A DNA stretch of 62,954 nucleotides, filler included, from Asterionella formosa (lineage: Eukaryota), in assembly GCA_002256025.1 (NCBI GenBank). It is 6 parts of 6 records of this genome, joined end to end, with 100 filler letters (N's around TTAATTAATTAA, not from the genome) between each part and the next. Parts side by side here need not be neighbours in the genome. Positions count along the whole stretch, not along the records: positions 52,578 to 62,954 come from NKIB01009560.1; 5 more parts are not named here. The stretch is one strand, 5' to 3'. The position numbers were made by a program, and so were the translations under genes. Shown one piece after another: positions 59,337 to 62,954 of the stretch (positions within the stretch are counted from its first letter, which is position 1; the number at the start of each line of letters is the position of its first letter). Under the pieces are notes generated by a model. The model did not search any database. It was given only the letters and a program-made list of their open reading frames with translations, and was not told where the DNA came from.

Positions 59337-61148
59337 ATGACAATGATTGCGAAGCGAACGGTCCAAAGGATTCGAGCGAGGGCATTGTTGACCCTTTGCC
59401 TTCTCTCGCCATTAGCATTTGCAAGAGTAGACACTTCACATGTCCGTGAGCATACTGAAGCTGAATTGACTTACCAAACATCGCAGGAAGCACTCAAATG
59501 TACGACTGAGTTAGAAGCGATCACTCGCCTAGACGAGGAAGACTCATCACCTCTGAATGGCGTTTCCTTTCAAATTCACCGTAATGGTGATGCGGATCCT
59601 TGTGGTAGTGCTACTGTTGATTTAATGGACGTAGAGGATGCGTTGGGACGATTCAAAAAGTGCCCTGAGTCCATTAACAAGATGGATGTTGAATCGCTCT
59701 TGACGTCACTTTTCTTCAAGGTCCTCCCCAATGACTCGTGCTCTACCTTGGATAAGGAAAACGATCCACCTGGTTTGTTAGATTATTGTGACATGGGTGA
59801 GGACAAGACTCCGATTCTCTTGGATCACAAGGAGCTCGTCAAGGTGCCACAGGGGTCGTTCCCCTGTCGCTTCTATACTCGCGAGGGTGTGAGAGTTACA
59901 TCTTTAGCTCAATTGGCGGATATTGCACGAAGCAAAAAGAAAACATGCAGTCAAGAAGATAAGGAAATTTGTGACGAAACGGACTCGAATTCGAGAGTTC
60001 ATCTCTATGCGGTTCCTGCCGGACGAGTATTCATGTTTGCCCCGAAGGCCGTTGGGGAAATCTTTGATCTGCCACACGTAAATGTCACCAGTGGACTACC
60101 AGTGTTTATGAAAGTCATTTCCCTCAACCCCCGTGTCTTTGACATATTCAACTTTTTCGACAAGAGTGAGTCGGACGACCTTGTCACAAGAGCCTTGGCA
60201 GAAACGTCTCCATCACATAGAATCAAAAGAAGTACAACAGGAACAGGGGAGAATACAGTATTTGCCAAGCGCACATCAGAAAATGGATTTGATACACATG
60301 GTATGACTGCCATAAAGGTCAAGAAGCGGTGCATGACATTGTTAGGTTTTGATGAGTACATGGAAGGCCATACAGATGGCTTGCAAGTCCTTCGTTACAA
60401 CAAGACAACTGCATATGTACCTCATATGGATTACATGGAGGACCCATCGAAAAAAGAGCTGTACGATTATGATTCTGCGAAAAAAGGGGGCAATCGATTT
60501 GCAACTATTTTATTGTACATGTCAGATATGGCAGAAGGTGCTGGTGGAGAGACTGTCTTTTCTGAAGCATACTCTGATGATGTTCCGGAAGGTGAACGCA
60601 AAGACTTAAACACAGCGCTTAAAGAGCTTCGAGCGTCTGGAGGTGCTGCTGGTCTAAAAAAAGGTAGCTGGGAAGAAACCATGGTGGCCAAATGCCGCTC
60701 TCGTCTTGCCATTCGACCACACTCGGCTAGAGCAGTGTTGTTTTATAGTCAGTTTCCGAATGGAAAGGAAGATCCCATGTCTATGCATGGTGGTTGCCCA
60801 GTTTTAGATGGTGAAAAATGGGCAGCTAACCTTTGGACTTGGTCAGCGATCCGCGAAGGATTTGACGGGGCGCCTTTCAAGCCAGATATCGCGAAACAGC
60901 GTGATCTCACCAATACTCGACGCCCCAGTCAGGTAAAGGTAACATTTTATAACAAAGGCAACGATCCCAATTTCAAAGAAGCCGAGCTGTACTACGATGA
61001 ATCAGGATACTGGGGTAAGTTGGGACACGGTGAGGGTCCGCTCGTGTCCTATTCCTATGAAGGACACAAATGGAATATCAAGGTGAATGGTAAATTCGTC
61101 AAGCAATTCATTGTTGGAAAGGGAAACGACCAAAAGTATTACATTTAA
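59337..61148 (+). CDS. P4H: Prolyl 4-hydroxylase alpha-like 2OG-Fe(II) dioxygenase with signal peptide
   Basis: GLQVLRY...YVPHMDY (HxD), NRFATILLYMSD..GGETVF and HGGCPV..GEKWAANLW; hydrophobic N-terminus ending AFA. Confidence 0.92.
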   Translation: MTMIAKRTVQRIRARALLTLCLLSPLAFARVDTSHVREHTEAELTYQTSQEALKCTTELEAITRLDEEDSSPLNGVSFQIHRNGDADPCGSATVDLMDVEDALGRFKKCPESINKMDVESLLTSLFFKVLPNDSCSTLDKENDPPGLLDYCDMGEDKTPILLDHKELVKVPQGSFPCRFYTREGVRVTSLAQLADIARSKKKTCSQEDKEICDETDSNSRVHLYAVPAGRVFMFAPKAVGEIFDLPHVNVTSGLPVFMKVISLNPRVFDIFNFFDKSESDDLVTRALAETSPSHRIKRSTTGTGENTVFAKRTSENGFDTHGMTAIKVKKRCMTLLGFDEYMEGHTDGLQVLRYNKTTAYVPHMDYMEDPSKKELYDYDSAKKGGNRFATILLYMSDMAEGAGGETVFSEAYSDDVPEGERKDLNTALKELRASGGAAGLKKGSWEETMVAKCRSRLAIRPHSARAVLFYSQFPNGKEDPMSMHGGCPVLDGEKWAANLWTWSAIREGFDGAPFKPDIAKQRDLTNTRRPSQVKVTFYNKGNDPNFKEAELYYDESGYWGKLGHGEGPLVSYSYEGHKWNIKVNGKFVKQFIVGKGNDQKYYI

Positions 61149-61172
61149 TTAATTTCGAATTAAGAGGTAGAG

Positions 61173-62591
61173 TTAAGGATCTTTATAGTAGAAAACTGGC
61201 CATCTGTCAAATTGATTTCCATTCTTCTGCAAGTACAAGTAACCGTCTTCGGGCAAGTTTCCAATCTGTGGCATATTTGTCGGCTTTGTCTTTCCAAATT
61301 TACTTGTTCCTGGATTGTCAAAAGGCTCTGCTTCGGATTGATGGTGATAGGTACAAATGCGAGAATCGCGAAAGGAATGCATGGCAGGAACACGATGCAG
61401 CTTGCTCCACTCTCGCTGACAGTGGACAAGCTGCCTTTCTTTCTCCGACAGAGCATCCCGTAATCTAGTGACTTCGTACACGAGGTCTCGTTTACCTTGT
61501 TCAGCCAGATGCAACCGTTCCGTGGCAACGTTGAGTGACTCAGTCAATTGGCGTTGCAAGTCATGCACTTTGCCTGCAATTTCAGATTCCACCTGACACT
61601 TGATTTTCTCTTGCACATGATTGGCAACAGTCAGAGTCCTTTGGATGAATTCCACCAAAACTGGTGCTGAACAGCTTCTAATAGGGGATGTTGTGCTCAC
61701 TGAACAGTAGTCCCTCCAATGATGAGCCAGGACATGAACACAGCGCTTCTGTAAACATGAAACTTCAGCTTGCTCTTCCTTGCTATCTCCGGATTCAAGC
61801 TCCAAGAATATAAGTGCAGCTTCCTTGTCAATGAGGGGAAGCTGCTTGCGATCAGTGAGTGCTTGAAATACATCGGCCTCGATTTCTTCTTTATGAAGTC
61901 GACAATAAGTTGCCACAAGGATGCTGAGATGGCAGCTCACGCTAGAAGTATCAATATCTGGGGAGGCAACGATCTGAAGAAAAAAATCTGGATCCATGGT
62001 TTCCAGGAGAGGCGAGGATGGCTCCAAGTCTCGAATATGACGTACGATCAGGTCGCCTGCCAAAGACATGATGTGGTCATCGTGAAAGGTGATGGCATCT
62101 TGGATATATATGTGAACAGTAGTCATGTCCATATTGATGCGAATGAATTCCATGACTTTTCGGTGTAGTAACTTCATTCCGAAATAGTGAGAGAGATAGC
62201 GCAGAGCTCCTGCTTGCTGCGCATCAATGTCAAGCTCTGTTGTGTACATAAAATCCAAAAGTTTCGGCATGACAGCTGCTGCCTTCTCGTCCAATGGGAT
62301 TCGGCTGGTGCTGGTCTGGCTTTCTTGCATCTGATAGCTTCTAAATACGGATGCAAAGTACTCACTCTTGCAAGGACCAACAGCCAATATGTTCTTATGA
62401 ACGTAGTACACATCTTCATTGCCGTCTTGACTGAGAATAACTATGGTCCAATCGCTCAATGATTGATCTGAATCCATTCTCCAGCTCAAGGGTTCGTCCT
62501 CGTTGTCACTTTCTCCCAGGGAAGATTTATCGTAGCCCAAGTAGGTTTTTGTAGTCGTTTCCTCAGAAAAGCTCATGCTAACGATGTTCAT
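61173..62591 (-). CDS. BTB/POZ-domain protein with a C-terminal coiled coil
   Basis: LSWRMD...LSDWTIVI...YYVHKNILAVGPCKSEYF...LLDFMY (diatom-type BTB). First ATG at 62591; an upstream exon is possible. Confidence 0.88.
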   Translation of the reverse strand: MNIVSMSFSEETTTKTYLGYDKSSLGESDNEDEPLSWRMDSDQSLSDWTIVILSQDGNEDVYYVHKNILAVGPCKSEYFASVFRSYQMQESQTSTSRIPLDEKAAAVMPKLLDFMYTTELDIDAQQAGALRYLSHYFGMKLLHRKVMEFIRINMDMTTVHIYIQDAITFHDDHIMSLAGDLIVRHIRDLEPSSPLLETMDPDFFLQIVASPDIDTSSVSCHLSILVATYCRLHKEEIEADVFQALTDRKQLPLIDKEAALIFLELESGDSKEEQAEVSCLQKRCVHVLAHHWRDYCSVSTTSPIRSCSAPVLVEFIQRTLTVANHVQEKIKCQVESEIAGKVHDLQRQLTESLNVATERLHLAEQGKRDLVYEVTRLRDALSEKERQLVHCQREWSKLHRVPAMHSFRDSRICTYHHQSEAEPFDNPGTSKFGKTKPTNMPQIGNLPEDGYLYLQKNGNQFDRWPVFYYKDP

Positions 62592-62954
62592 AACGACACG
62601 TGACGAACCTCGTTGTCGAACCAATTATTCTAAAATGATGGTGGCATGTTTATGCTAACTTGCTTTTTGTCGTGTTCTTTGTTTGTTAATTTAAGGACAT
62701 CATACACGAAATGTTTCATTCTTGAAAACAAATTTGGATCACGTCCTTGATTGATTAAATTAATTGCTCGCTCTCTATATATTTTTGATAGCCGGAAACT
62801 TGTCGCCCAAAAACGATGTTTCGGACATGTCTGTCCGCATCATCGGCCTGTTTGCAGCAGTCGTTCCGTTCCGTCTTCGGAAGTTGACATACCGATACCG
62901 GTATATTATTTCGCTGCATAATATATAGATGGTAGAGTACCGGTACCGGTATAT

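Overview
Eukaryotic nuclear DNA, very probably from a diatom: there is a bipartite plastid-targeting peptide, CoDi-type copia elements, diatom-type protein families and short GT-AG introns. The window is not one locus. It is six unlinked contigs (10444, 10439, 10407, 10395, 10392 and 10377 bp, sorted by length) joined by artificial 100-bp N-TTAATTAATTAA-N spacers. Host genes are a Cys/His-rich diatom-family protein, a bacterial-like agmatine deiminase, a thylakoid-lumen PsbP-like protein, a 3-exon HAD phosphatase, a dispersed 5S rRNA, a 1304-aa low-complexity protein, a prolyl 4-hydroxylase and a BTB/POZ protein. Most of the rest is decayed transposable elements: copia/CoDi, Ty3/gypsy, PIF/Harbinger, an IS630-Tc1-mariner-like transposase, and pieces on four contigs of a large multi-gene element built around a Plavaka/CACTA-like transposase. 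Two signals stand out. (1) Paralogous copies repeatedly differ by short insertions at TA dinucleotides (TA-G-TA, TA-C-TA, TA-GC-TA), and TA-CCGG-TA and TA-CCWGG-TA motifs are stacked in intergenic DNA; this looks like pervasive transposon-excision scarring. (2) The large three-gene Plavaka-like element family, with associated tandem repeats and a 60-bp satellite showing higher-order structure.
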